NCBI GenBank assembly: GCA_016839785.1
Contig: JAEOTQ010000022.1
Coordinates: forward strand, 1-13,104
DNA length: 13,104 bases
Direction: 5' to 3'
Origin: Candidatus Hodarchaeota archaeon
GTDB lineage: Archaea > Asgardarchaeota > Heimdallarchaeia > Hodarchaeales > Hodarchaeaceae
Notes under the pieces: model-generated
What the model was told of the DNA's origin: nothing
The model's database searches: none
What the model saw: only the letters and a program-made list of their open reading frames with translations
Translations under genes and position numbers: made by a program
Shown: positions 1-8,813 of the stretch, piece by piece
Numbering within the stretch: the stretch's first letter is position 1
Layout: every line of letters begins with the position of its first letter

Positions 1-342
1 AATTGTGCTTGATTTTAAATCAACAGTAATATTGTATGTCAATTCGTATATAATATTAATTTCCAACAGAATAATCAGATGATTAAATTTTCCATCTGCA
101 TCAGTATCAGTCCCATAATCCCAATACCTACCTGTAATACTTGCATTCAGAGAGTTTTCAATTTTTTCAGTTGATGAATATACTACAGTTGAACGTTCTT
201 TTTTGTCAGAATTTTGTGAATCTTCTTCTATTAATCGTGGAATTTCCTGTCTTCCATTCTCAGGGGAGAACTTAGATACCCCCTTTGTATCGATTACTAG
301 GCTAATAAATAATAAAGCTACTAGGATTTGTGAGTATCTCAT
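1..342 (-). CDS. 5' part of a secreted/surface protein with DxDxDG repeat, paralog of the upstream 981-aa protein (runs off window edge; missing from ORF track)
   Basis: ATG at 342-340 overlaps the TGA of the upstream gene (ATGA). Frame is open to base 1: MRYSQILVALLFISLVIDTKG...NASITGRYWDYGTDTDADGKFNHLIILLEINIIYELTYNITVDLKSSTI, i.e. signal peptide plus the same repeat motif. Confidence 0.9.
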   Translation of the reverse strand, partial: MRYSQILVALLFISLVIDTKGVSKFSPENGRQEIPRLIEEDSQNSDKKERSTVVYSSTEKIENSLNASITGRYWDYGTDTDADGKFNHLIILLEINIIYELTYNITVDLKSSTI

Positions 343-3284
343 GTTTTTATCTGCCTTTTTGAAATCTTTTGAAGAAGAACTAGTATAATGAGAACAGAAG
401 TAAAAAATATTACTGCAACAGGATTGGGTACGACCGTATTTGAATTTTCCTTTTGACTTCGAATAATAAAAGGATCATCAGAGGTATCAGTCACAAAAAA
501 ATCAAATGGATCTGTTACAACAACTCGTAGGAGATAATTGGTGCCTGGGGAAAGGATTGATCTATTGAAAAACCATGTATATCGGAAACCTGAGGATCCC
601 GTCCATGGAAGCGTCTCTTCAAAGTTGGATTCGATTCGATTCCATGTTGAACCCAAATTATGTGAATAATAAACAGAATACTCCAGATCCTGCTGGAAAG
701 TATCTATTGAATTTGTCCAGTGAATAACAATCGATGAGATGAATATCTCTCCCCCATTCGGACTAATGATTTGAGGTTTAGTTAGATGGTTAGGTTTAGT
801 TAGAGTTATGTAACTCGCTCTTGGCCAGAAATTATCAACAAAGTCATTGGAGATTCCATCGGCTAGGCAATCTCTTCTGTTATGTATAAAATCATTGAAT
901 TGTAGCAGGTTATCGGTTGCTGAGTTTGAAAAAATTATCCCATATTCCTGATTATTGCAAATTAAGTTGCTACTAATTATATTATTACTTGCGTTAACTC
1001 CATCAATTTTAATGCCATCTTCATTATCATAAATCATGTTATTATTTAAAAAATTCTGAAAGCTTTCTTTAAGGGTAATTCCAGTTGTGAAACCATTAAT
1101 ACAATTCTTTGAGAGATTGGTATGTGAACTATTCATCAAATGAATTCCACTCGTTCCCTCTTCGGCTTTGATTTCGTTATGGTGGATGACGATATTCTTG
1201 CCTTTTTCGATGTTTATACTTATTGAAACATTGGTAAACGTGTTATTCTCAATCCTAATGTTTTCACAATTAGTTAGAATTATTCCTTCTTCTGTATTAA
1301 CCATTTTATTATCTTTTATATATCCATTCTGAGTATTGATCAGTAAAATACTGGAAATTCCTCCAATAAAGGTACATTTAACGATGGAAAAACACACATC
1401 AGTATTTCGTATCTCAATATATGGTTGATGTCGATAGGAGTCGTTAAAGTTCAAGCTGTTAATGATATAAGGAAATTCTGCTGTTCCTAATCCAGTCCAT
1501 TTATTTTCTTGGGCAAAGACGGAGAAGACATCGTCATTTAAGATAATAATTTCCTTCCTGTCGAAATCAAAGTCGGCATAATGGTAAGTACCTGTACTAA
1601 ATGTTATTTCTTGTCTGTGAACTAGCTTGGATTTACAATTGAAGAACTGTGCATCTATCAGGCGAAAAGAACTATAAGTTTCGCCTGCAATGTAAAAACG
1701 ATAATAAAAATCAGATGTATTAATTAGTGCCGTAGTAACTTGAATTCCTTCATCTAAAGTGAGGTTAATTGTATAAGAGAGTAGTTCACCCGAATTCGAT
1801 AGGAATTTAAGCGTTAACGAGTAGTTCTCAATTTTCTCTACTGAATTCAATTCTGTAATTATCTTTAGAAGGTTGAATTTACCATCTCCGTCTGTGTCTA
1901 TCCCATTATCCCATAATCTTCCAGTAATCTCTGCTGGAAAGCGATCAAATTCGTTGTACTGATATATTCGTGTACTATAAACATCTCTAGCAATAGTTAT
2001 TGTTCTATCATCCAGAGTTTCAAGACGTATTTCATGAATAATGTAGGATGTGTTCAATCGAAGAAAATTAATCTCACTCATCTCAATAGGAATTGAAATA
2101 TTACGAAATCCTGATGTCCAGAAACCGCTTCTTTCATTCCACTCTCTCTTCTTTATATGTGTCTCATTATCTTCTATGTAGAGTAGAATCCTATATTCCC
2201 CGTCTATCACCACATTAAGTTCAACTTGTATAATTAATTGATTGAAATATCCATCAAAATCACTATCAAATCCATAATCCCAATAGAAGTCTGTTAAATA
2301 AACGTTTGGAGGATCAAATTCTGAATAATTATATATTCGTGTCGTGTATACTTTTCGGGCCTTTTCATCAAACATCTCTGGAAAATACCAGTTTTCTAGG
2401 AATTGTACTAAACTGAGGGTATAGAATCGGCCTATTTTCTGTTCATATCTACTCCGAGTTTTTATACTAAATGAGAGATTGAATGTTCCTTCTGACCAGG
2501 TATCACTTACTGACAATGTCTCGACCTCACCTTCACTTGTTGTAATTATCAATTTACAGTAGTAGAAAGCTGCTTCGGTGACAGTACATTCAATCTCTAC
2601 CATTAACTGATCATAATAGTCATCTCCATCTGTATCCAGTCCGTGGTCATAATAATTTCCCGTTAAGTATACCGATGGAGGATCAAATTCAAGGTACTGA
2701 TAACTCCGAGTCAGATAAGAAATACTTTCTTGAAAAGATGTCTGAGAAAATCGTCTGATCCAAATTTTGTTTGCAGTAATTGAAATATTCATTTGTTGAG
2801 AATATATATGTCTTATTTCAAACGGAATAGTAAAGTTTCGTAAACCAAATGCCTTATATTCTAATTTACTTGGTTCTAGCAAGATTATATCGTCAGACCC
2901 AAGGGTGTTATGAGGATTATTTGAAACTAAATCCGCTTCAATTTGATAATATCCACTATAATACACATTCACCTCAACTGTGAGTACTAAATGGTTAATT
3001 AACCCATTTCCATCGGAATCGACTCCGTAGTCGCTGAATTTCCCCGTCAAAGCTACATCAGAGGAGATCCTCTCAACTTTTGGTAAATGAGAAGAATTAA
3101 CACCTTCATGGGTATTTCCGAGTTTCTTTGATAAGCTTCCATTTAAATAATTATTTTCTTTACCACTTGTCATTAATTTTGGAATAGAGGTCTTTCCATT
3201 GTTCTTTTCTAGATTGATTTCGAGTGGAGGATAGTGTGAACTTATAATAAGTAAGAAAATGATGAAGAAACCGAGAATCTTCAT
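339..3284 (-). CDS. Large cell-surface glycoprotein: signal peptide, 4 DxDxDG-containing repeats, NosD/pectin-lyase-like parallel beta-helix, Ig-like (PNGGE) domain, C-terminal TM anchor
   Basis: Hydrophobic N-terminus; 4 repeats of ~120 aa; beta-helix pattern GIxLxxSxxNxIxxNxI; 'PQIISPNGGE' domain; C-terminal hydrophobic helix plus basic tail KISKRQIKT; SD-like GGTGGG upstream. Confidence 0.85.
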   Translation of the reverse strand: MKILGFFIIFLLIISSHYPPLEINLEKNNGKTSIPKLMTSGKENNYLNGSLSKKLGNTHEGVNSSHLPKVERISSDVALTGKFSDYGVDSDGNGLINHLVLTVEVNVYYSGYYQIEADLVSNNPHNTLGSDDIILLEPSKLEYKAFGLRNFTIPFEIRHIYSQQMNISITANKIWIRRFSQTSFQESISYLTRSYQYLEFDPPSVYLTGNYYDHGLDTDGDDYYDQLMVEIECTVTEAAFYYCKLIITTSEGEVETLSVSDTWSEGTFNLSFSIKTRSRYEQKIGRFYTLSLVQFLENWYFPEMFDEKARKVYTTRIYNYSEFDPPNVYLTDFYWDYGFDSDFDGYFNQLIIQVELNVVIDGEYRILLYIEDNETHIKKREWNERSGFWTSGFRNISIPIEMSEINFLRLNTSYIIHEIRLETLDDRTITIARDVYSTRIYQYNEFDRFPAEITGRLWDNGIDTDGDGKFNLLKIITELNSVEKIENYSLTLKFLSNSGELLSYTINLTLDEGIQVTTALINTSDFYYRFYIAGETYSSFRLIDAQFFNCKSKLVHRQEITFSTGTYHYADFDFDRKEIIILNDDVFSVFAQENKWTGLGTAEFPYIINSLNFNDSYRHQPYIEIRNTDVCFSIVKCTFIGGISSILLINTQNGYIKDNKMVNTEEGIILTNCENIRIENNTFTNVSISINIEKGKNIVIHHNEIKAEEGTSGIHLMNSSHTNLSKNCINGFTTGITLKESFQNFLNNNMIYDNEDGIKIDGVNASNNIISSNLICNNQEYGIIFSNSATDNLLQFNDFIHNRRDCLADGISNDFVDNFWPRASYITLTKPNHLTKPQIISPNGGEIFISSIVIHWTNSIDTFQQDLEYSVYYSHNLGSTWNRIESNFEETLPWTGSSGFRYTWFFNRSILSPGTNYLLRVVVTDPFDFFVTDTSDDPFIIRSQKENSNTVVPNPVAVIFFTSVLIILVLLQKISKRQIKT
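1565..3056 (-). repeat. Four tandem protein-level repeats (~120-125 aa, ~370 nt period)
   Basis: Units start LTGKFSDYGVDSDGNG / LTGNYYDHGLDTDGDD / LTDFYWDYGFDSDFDG / ITGRLWDNGIDTDGDG and end TRSYQYLEFD / TRIYNYSEFD / TRIYQYNEFD / TGTYHYADFD. Confidence 0.9.
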
Positions 3285-3330
3285 TTTAATGTCCCACCAT
3301 AATTCCTCTCAAAGAATTAGAGCGATCAAT

Positions 3331-3372
3331 CATTTAACTTTTCCGATCATTCCTTTGGATAAAGTTTTTTAG
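3331..3372. promoter_or_regulatory. Candidate back-to-back archaeal BRE/TATA promoters for the surface protein (-) and ABC permease (+)
   Basis: Minus strand CGGAAAAGTTAAAT (~3345-3332); plus strand AAAGTTTTTTAG (3361-3372). Both lie in the short divergent intergenic gap. Confidence 0.4.
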
Positions 3373-3439
3373 GGGCTAAAATCGTCATTATTGAAATACT
3401 TACACGATTTACGTTACCTCGTTTAGTTGTGAGGGGATT

Positions 3440-6400
3440 ATTTTCAGTCGTCTACACATTAAAAATACGAAACAGGGCCTAATTTTCTTTAAACTGATAT
3501 ATCGCCTGGCGTTACGCAATATAACCAGATCTAAATATCGAAGTGCCCTGTTGGTTCTTGGTATCACGTTGACGATTGCTCTGGAAACTGGAATCGTTAT
3601 TTCTATTGATACTTTATATGACGACTTCATTTTTGATAACCGAAACAATAACTTCACTGATATCAACGTAATCCCTCATCATTGGACTAATTTATCCAGT
3701 CTTCAGGCCTTGGCAAGTAATCTTTCTTCAATTAATGGCGTTTCGACTGCCAGTCCAGTGTTTTCCATAAATTTAAGGCAGGATGTAGAGCAGTCCATCA
3801 ATAATATCTTGATTTATGCAATTGATCCTCAGACTCACCCTGATTTTTATGCTTTTAATCTAACCGCTGGAGAAAGAAAATTATCTGAGAATCGAATTAT
3901 TGTCTCTCAACGGTTATTTGAAGATTCTGGCCTTCAGCTTGGTGACACTGTTAATACTCAGGATGTTGATCCTAGATTTACCTCTGGTATGTTTACCATC
4001 GGAGGAGTTATCAGTAATAAGTATTTCTTCGGAAATAATATTGGTTATTTTTTTATACTTGTCCATATAGAAGACATTAATTCCCTTATTTCTGATGTTG
4101 ATAAAATTTCCTTTCTTAAAGGGCAGGTTGATTTATCTGTAAAGAATCTTCTTAAAATACAAAGTGTTAGCGAAAATATCAAGGATACCCTCGGATCTGA
4201 GTTTTTTGTTTGGAAGAGTAAGGATATAACTCAAATCGAATCACTTGCAGTTCGCTCATACCAGACAGCGATGAATCTAGTAATTATTACCTCCTTCATT
4301 GTAGAATTCCTCTTTATTACTAATGTCCTAGCTATTGCAATTCGCGATCGTACAAAAGAATTTGGAATTCTTCGTGCTATTGGTACAGATACTCGCCAGC
4401 TGATTGGGACGATAACTCTTGAAATTACAATTATCTCCCTTGTTGGTGGTATTCTCGGGATGGTGATCGGTATTGGCTTTGCAATGGTTCTTGTTGAAGC
4501 TATCCAGAATTTTTACACTAGCATCGAATTTGAAGTAGTTACTCTACACTCTTCTTCCCTACTAGCTACTTTTCTATCAGGTATAGTTGTAGCTTTAATT
4601 TCTGGATTATATCCAATATTTATTGCCCTTTCTTTGCCAGTAATTCAAAATATTCATTCTCGTATGCGAACTGCTAATTTACCTGCTACTGCTTTCTATT
4701 CTTGGAAATATTCCATTGTAATGGGAGTTTTACTCTCAATAACAGGTTTCATTCTCCAGTTTTTTGTTGGGCCATCGAGATTTTTAGATTTTGAAGTCCT
4801 TTCACTCCACTTTTTCGTGGTTCTCTTGATTTTTATTGGAACTGTCCTGATAGAAATTGGTCTCTTATTTTTCCTTCCTCGTTTCGGATTAAAGGTATTC
4901 ATCTGGTTCAACCTTATTAATCGAACAATTTCTATGCGTAACATTGCCCGTGAATTTCAAAAGAGTCTTATAACCATTATGACATCTGCTCTGGCCTTGA
5001 CGTTCATTTTAATTGTTGGTCTACTTAGTGCCTCGTTAGTGGCCAGTGTTCCTGTATTTTTCAGTGATCAATGGGGTAGTAAAATTGATTTAGTCGTAGA
5101 AGCTCCTGATGGCACTCTTTCGTATGAATATACTTCTGTGATAGAAAATAATTCCTTCGTGGAACATGTATCGTATATTCAAGAATCACGCACACCGATT
5201 GGTGGTATCGATGCTTATGTCTTTGGTGTTGATCCTGCGAGATATTCGTCTTTTGGAGAGGATATTAGAGATTCTCTCTTTAATCTTCCTTCGCAGGATA
5301 TTCTTGCCTTGTCGAATGAGTCAGCTGGCCTTAAGTATGGAATTATCTCGGATCGTTTACTCACACGCCTTCTTTTACCGCTGGGTTCTAATGTATCCCT
5401 TCAAACAGCGACATCAACTATCAATGTCACAATTGCTGCGGTTGTAAAATCGAATGTTTTCCTCGGAAATGGTGAATACTTGTATATTTCCTCGAATCAA
5501 TTTCAATCGTTTTTTGGTTCATCGTTTGCAAAATGGTTTCTCTGTGATATCGAAGGAGACTCGAAAGAAGCTCAGAATTTTCTTCGCAACTCTCTTCCTG
5601 AGGTTCAAAATGTTATGGGTATCGATTATTATATCCAAGCTATTGAAAAAAGTCTTCAGTTCCAATCCGTTCTTTTTCAAGTGCTTTTTATTGAATCTTT
5701 TGTCTTAGCAGCCATTGCTCAATTTGTATGTATTCTGGTATCGACGCTATTACTTGAACGTGAAATGGGTATAATGAGGAGTATTGGTTTATCTAAAAAT
5801 GGAGTATTTAATATCTTTTTGTCCGAATCCATGGCATTAGGCGTGACCGCATTATTTGTGGGATTATTAGATGGAATTTTAGCCAGTATTCTCCTTGCTT
5901 GGTATATTTCCCTCTCCTTCCCTTTAGCTCTTGCTTTTCCACTTGTGCGTATTATATTCTGGATTTTTGTCTCCTTTTTAATTACGATTGTCAGTACATT
6001 TCTTCCTTCTTTTCGATCGAGTCGAAAAAATATTGTGTCAGCAATTTTGGGGAGACCCCTGTCAAAGGACTATATTGTACAGAGTTCAAAACTTCCTCAA
6101 TCCAATCAACGAAATTTGATTACGAGATTTATTCCTAAATCGGTTCTTAATGCATCTACTAACTCTAAATCAGTTCTTTACTTTATCACCACTCACAAAT
6201 ATAAAGTTGGAAACATATTTCTTCTTCTTTTCCTTGTTTTTTCCTTCCTATACATTTTTGATCAAACGATTATAATTTCAGGCTTAAATCCATTGACTAT
6301 CTTATGGGGGGTATACATAGCCTTCTTTTCGGATAATGCGCCCCCTCTTCATCAAGTATTGAATCCTATACTATTTATAGTGGGCTTAGCGCTTATAGAA

Positions 6401-6919
6401 CCGATTAGTTATTATTTATATCACACCGAGGAAAAGATTGGGTTGGTAAAAGAAGGAATTAGGAGTTTTTTTATCTCAATTATTCTTGCATACACTCTAA
6501 TAGCTTTTCTTATTCTTCAATTCTTTATTATATTATTTACAGTCGTTCAATTATTATATATTGATGGTTTTGTTGTCGTAATTCTATATTTAGTTGCTTT
6601 AATCTTCGATGTTTGGATTTTTCAAAGAATCTGGGGTTTCCTCATATTACAAGGACTTGTTTCAGAAACTCGATTACTGCAGAAATATGATCTAACGATT
6701 AGGAAGGTGTTTAGTAAGGAAATGAATTTTGTTAATCTTTTATTCATATATTTTATAATCCAGTTCGTGCTCTATATTCTTCTAGGTTCACCTATGTTAC
6801 AGGTACTGAATCCTGCGACATTTTTACTATTTAGCTTTTGGGAAATAGGATTTTTCATACTTGCTATAATTAGTCAACTTGTAAACATACAAAATTCTTC
6901 ATTTATATCCTCAAAATGA
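3440..6919 (+). CDS. ABC transporter permease, MacB/FtsX (LolE-like) family, duplicated permease domains plus C-terminal membrane extension
   Basis: Two FtsX motifs (RDRTKEFGILRAIG; LEREMGIMRSIG) with extracytoplasmic MacB-like domains. The family N-terminal motif LALRNITRSKYRSALL lies upstream of the tracked TTG (3551), so the start is placed tentatively at ATT 3440 after GAGGGG. Confidence 0.88.
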   Translation: MFSRLHIKNTKQGLIFFKLIYRLALRNITRSKYRSALLVLGITLTIALETGIVISIDTLYDDFIFDNRNNNFTDINVIPHHWTNLSSLQALASNLSSINGVSTASPVFSINLRQDVEQSINNILIYAIDPQTHPDFYAFNLTAGERKLSENRIIVSQRLFEDSGLQLGDTVNTQDVDPRFTSGMFTIGGVISNKYFFGNNIGYFFILVHIEDINSLISDVDKISFLKGQVDLSVKNLLKIQSVSENIKDTLGSEFFVWKSKDITQIESLAVRSYQTAMNLVIITSFIVEFLFITNVLAIAIRDRTKEFGILRAIGTDTRQLIGTITLEITIISLVGGILGMVIGIGFAMVLVEAIQNFYTSIEFEVVTLHSSSLLATFLSGIVVALISGLYPIFIALSLPVIQNIHSRMRTANLPATAFYSWKYSIVMGVLLSITGFILQFFVGPSRFLDFEVLSLHFFVVLLIFIGTVLIEIGLLFFLPRFGLKVFIWFNLINRTISMRNIAREFQKSLITIMTSALALTFILIVGLLSASLVASVPVFFSDQWGSKIDLVVEAPDGTLSYEYTSVIENNSFVEHVSYIQESRTPIGGIDAYVFGVDPARYSSFGEDIRDSLFNLPSQDILALSNESAGLKYGIISDRLLTRLLLPLGSNVSLQTATSTINVTIAAVVKSNVFLGNGEYLYISSNQFQSFFGSSFAKWFLCDIEGDSKEAQNFLRNSLPEVQNVMGIDYYIQAIEKSLQFQSVLFQVLFIESFVLAAIAQFVCILVSTLLLEREMGIMRSIGLSKNGVFNIFLSESMALGVTALFVGLLDGILASILLAWYISLSFPLALAFPLVRIIFWIFVSFLITIVSTFLPSFRSSRKNIVSAILGRPLSKDYIVQSSKLPQSNQRNLITRFIPKSVLNASTNSKSVLYFITTHKYKVGNIFLLLFLVFSFLYIFDQTIIISGLNPLTILWGVYIAFFSDNAPPLHQVLNPILFIVGLALIEPISYYLYHTEEKIGLVKEGIRSFFISIILAYTLIAFLILQFFIILFTVVQLLYIDGFVVVILYLVALIFDVWIFQRIWGFLILQGLVSETRLLQKYDLTIRKVFSKEMNFVNLLFIYFIIQFVLYILLGSPMLQVLNPATFLLFSFWEIGFFILAIISQLVNIQNSSFISSK

Positions 6920-6961
6920 CCTTCTTCAATCTCTTCTCACCTTTCTAGGTAAGAAATTGAA

Positions 6962-7504
6962 TCAAATGATTGGTTGTTCAAGCCCAATATACTGAGACAT
7001 AGGCCGTTCATCATACCCTGTCGTTACTGGGGAGGATAACTGGTGGAAAAGGATCTGCATGATACCCATACCTGGTAGTAGTTGTACTGGATTATTTAAT
7101 TGACAGAAAATCTCCAAGGTTAGTCGTGTAGGTTTATTCAATCCTGTACCCGGATTTACAAGACCAGCTGCATGAACCACTATCCCTAACCTAGCTACTG
7201 ATGAACGTCCTTCTAGAGTCCCAGCTAAACGTTTACTTATGGCAATTCTTTCATGTGTTTGACCTAACACAAATTGGCCTGGGGATAGAGTAAACGGCTC
7301 CCCATTTGTTTTCACTATATCTGAATGAGCTTTTACTGCTTCTCGATCCTCTGGCGAAAACAATTTTCCTGTTTTAAACACGGTAAAAGTATCACTTAAT
7401 GTTAAATCGATTGAACAGGGTCCGATGGCATTTTCTGCTATCCTATCTACAATGATCTCCCTATTTTCAAGGGCTTCTAGTATTTCTTCATATGATAGAA
7501 TCAT
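6962..7504 (-). CDS. dcd: dCTP deaminase family protein (trimeric dUTPase-like fold), divergent motif III
   Basis: MILS start, GPCSIDLTLS, LEGRSSVARLG, LTLE, LLPGMGIMQILFHQLSSP. Start moved to the MILS ATG; the extra upstream ORF portion contains TATA-like GTATAAAA. Confidence 0.88.
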   Translation of the reverse strand: MILSYEEILEALENREIIVDRIAENAIGPCSIDLTLSDTFTVFKTGKLFSPEDREAVKAHSDIVKTNGEPFTLSPGQFVLGQTHERIAISKRLAGTLEGRSSVARLGIVVHAAGLVNPGTGLNKPTRLTLEIFCQLNNPVQLLPGMGIMQILFHQLSSPVTTGYDERPMSQYIGLEQPII

Positions 7505-7594
7505 TTTCTGTCGTTCTAATGATTCTACGGTTCGATTTTTATACATTCCTTGTGGTTTTTGGGTGTAAGAGGCTTCCTTCTTGTCTTTGTATAC

Positions 7595-8134
7595 TCAATT
7601 TTTCGTCCAAGGACTCTGTTTAACTAAAATCTGGCAGATAAGGGTGAAATCCTCTTCTTTTCTAAATGGAAACCAGGTGGGTTTTTCCTGAGTAGTTATA
7701 AAATTTCCAATTACATTAGAAATTGGATATTTCAGGTGGTGGTCCAATTTTAGATATTTTTGGCTCCTTCCCGTCAGTATTTTTTCTAATGCTTTTCTTT
7801 TTGTTCTGTAAAAGGACTTTATTGTTATGTGTTCTTCGGTTACCAGCTCAAATCCCCTCAGAACCAATGCATTTTTGAAGGCATAGCCGTCATCAAATCC
7901 CCTATCCTCAAACATTGGATGAGTTTTCAACTGCTCTCCAGATTTTAATTGGGTAAATAAATGTGATTGCGATATATATGGATAAAAATTTACTAATATT
8001 CCTTGTGGTATCAACAATCTCCAGGCTTCATCAACTCCCTCTATCATTTTATCTATTGAAGGAAGACAGCACAGTGAATAGTTGAGGAACACAATATGAG
8101 TTGTTTCAGCTTCCAGAGGTATTCTCTCACCCAT
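7595..8134 (-). CDS. Class I SAM-dependent methyltransferase-like protein lacking N-terminal motif I (possibly a remnant)
   Basis: ERIPLEAETTHIVFLNYSLCCL...EAWRLLIPQGILV matches the 'lpf..fD.v...l.h....e..rvLkpgG.l' segment. ATG at 8134 is preceded by GGAGG. No GxGxG found upstream. Confidence 0.55.
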   Translation of the reverse strand: MGERIPLEAETTHIVFLNYSLCCLPSIDKMIEGVDEAWRLLIPQGILVNFYPYISQSHLFTQLKSGEQLKTHPMFEDRGFDDGYAFKNALVLRGFELVTEEHITIKSFYRTKRKALEKILTGRSQKYLKLDHHLKYPISNVIGNFITTQEKPTWFPFRKEEDFTLICQILVKQSPWTKN

Positions 8135-8331
8135 TGTGCAGCCTCCAATGAGGCCGTAGTGCAGTTTTATCACGCCCCTAAGGTTAATTATACTGGGTAC
8201 TATAGGAGCCTGAGGTTTTAAGTTGAACTAAAGAATTTCTCCTTATTGTCGGATTTTCTACTGATTCTAATGTTAAAAATTCTTCATTGGAAAAAAATTG
8301 TCAGTTTAAGATATTGAAATCTTTCTGCTTC

Positions 8332-8727
8332 CTAGTCCTTTCCTCTTTCAGTTACTTCCAAAACCTCAGATTCTTCTTCTAGTTTGGGAAGAATAACTTT
8401 TACGTTCCCCACCATCATGGTTGATTGTGTTATTGCTTCATATAACGTAGTTTCTGGAGGTATGTTGGTAAGGGTCGTTAGATTCATGAAGTAATTTATT
8501 CCAACGCCTATTAATATGAATGGTCCCCCTACTATCAGATATCCCCATCCACTTAGTTCAATAAAGAATATCAATGCTTTAAGTGGATTTGCTGGATTCC
8601 TCCCTAATAAAACTAAGAAGTGTACGAGATTAAGCCCTAAATACGGGAGAAAAGTCCATTTGACCAGTTTTAGGATCGAGACATACTCTTGACTGGGTTT
8701 TAATTGATACTTATGATTGTGAGACAT
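8332..8727 (-). CDS. Hypothetical membrane protein (2 TM segments)
   Basis: Two hydrophobic stretches. ATG at 8727 follows GAGGAGG; the tracked GTG at 8802 is an alternative start. Confidence 0.65.
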   Translation of the reverse strand: MSHNHKYQLKPSQEYVSILKLVKWTFLPYLGLNLVHFLVLLGRNPANPLKALIFFIELSGWGYLIVGGPFILIGVGINYFMNLTTLTNIPPETTLYEAITQSTMMVGNVKVILPKLEEESEVLEVTERGKD

Positions 8728-8813
8728 AGCTTCTTCCTCCTCTTTTTGATTGCTGATTCTCTCTAATAAAGCTTGTGACAGAGTGTCTTTTCTTTTGTAC
8801 ACTTATTTCATTT

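Noticed and set aside
203-388. 61-aa plus-strand ORF
   Set aside because: Antisense shadow of two real minus-strand genes.
3409-6138. Short ORFs 3409-3666(-), 4696-4944(-), 5166-5447(+), 5454-5708(+), 5899-6138(+)
   Set aside because: Overlap the ABC permease in other frames or strand; no motifs or SD support.
6962-7504. dCTP deaminase as an antiviral nucleotide-depletion system
   Set aside because: Described defensive dCTP deaminases use a zinc cytidine-deaminase fold with a kinase-like domain; this protein has the dUTPase-like fold with no HxE/PCxxC motif.
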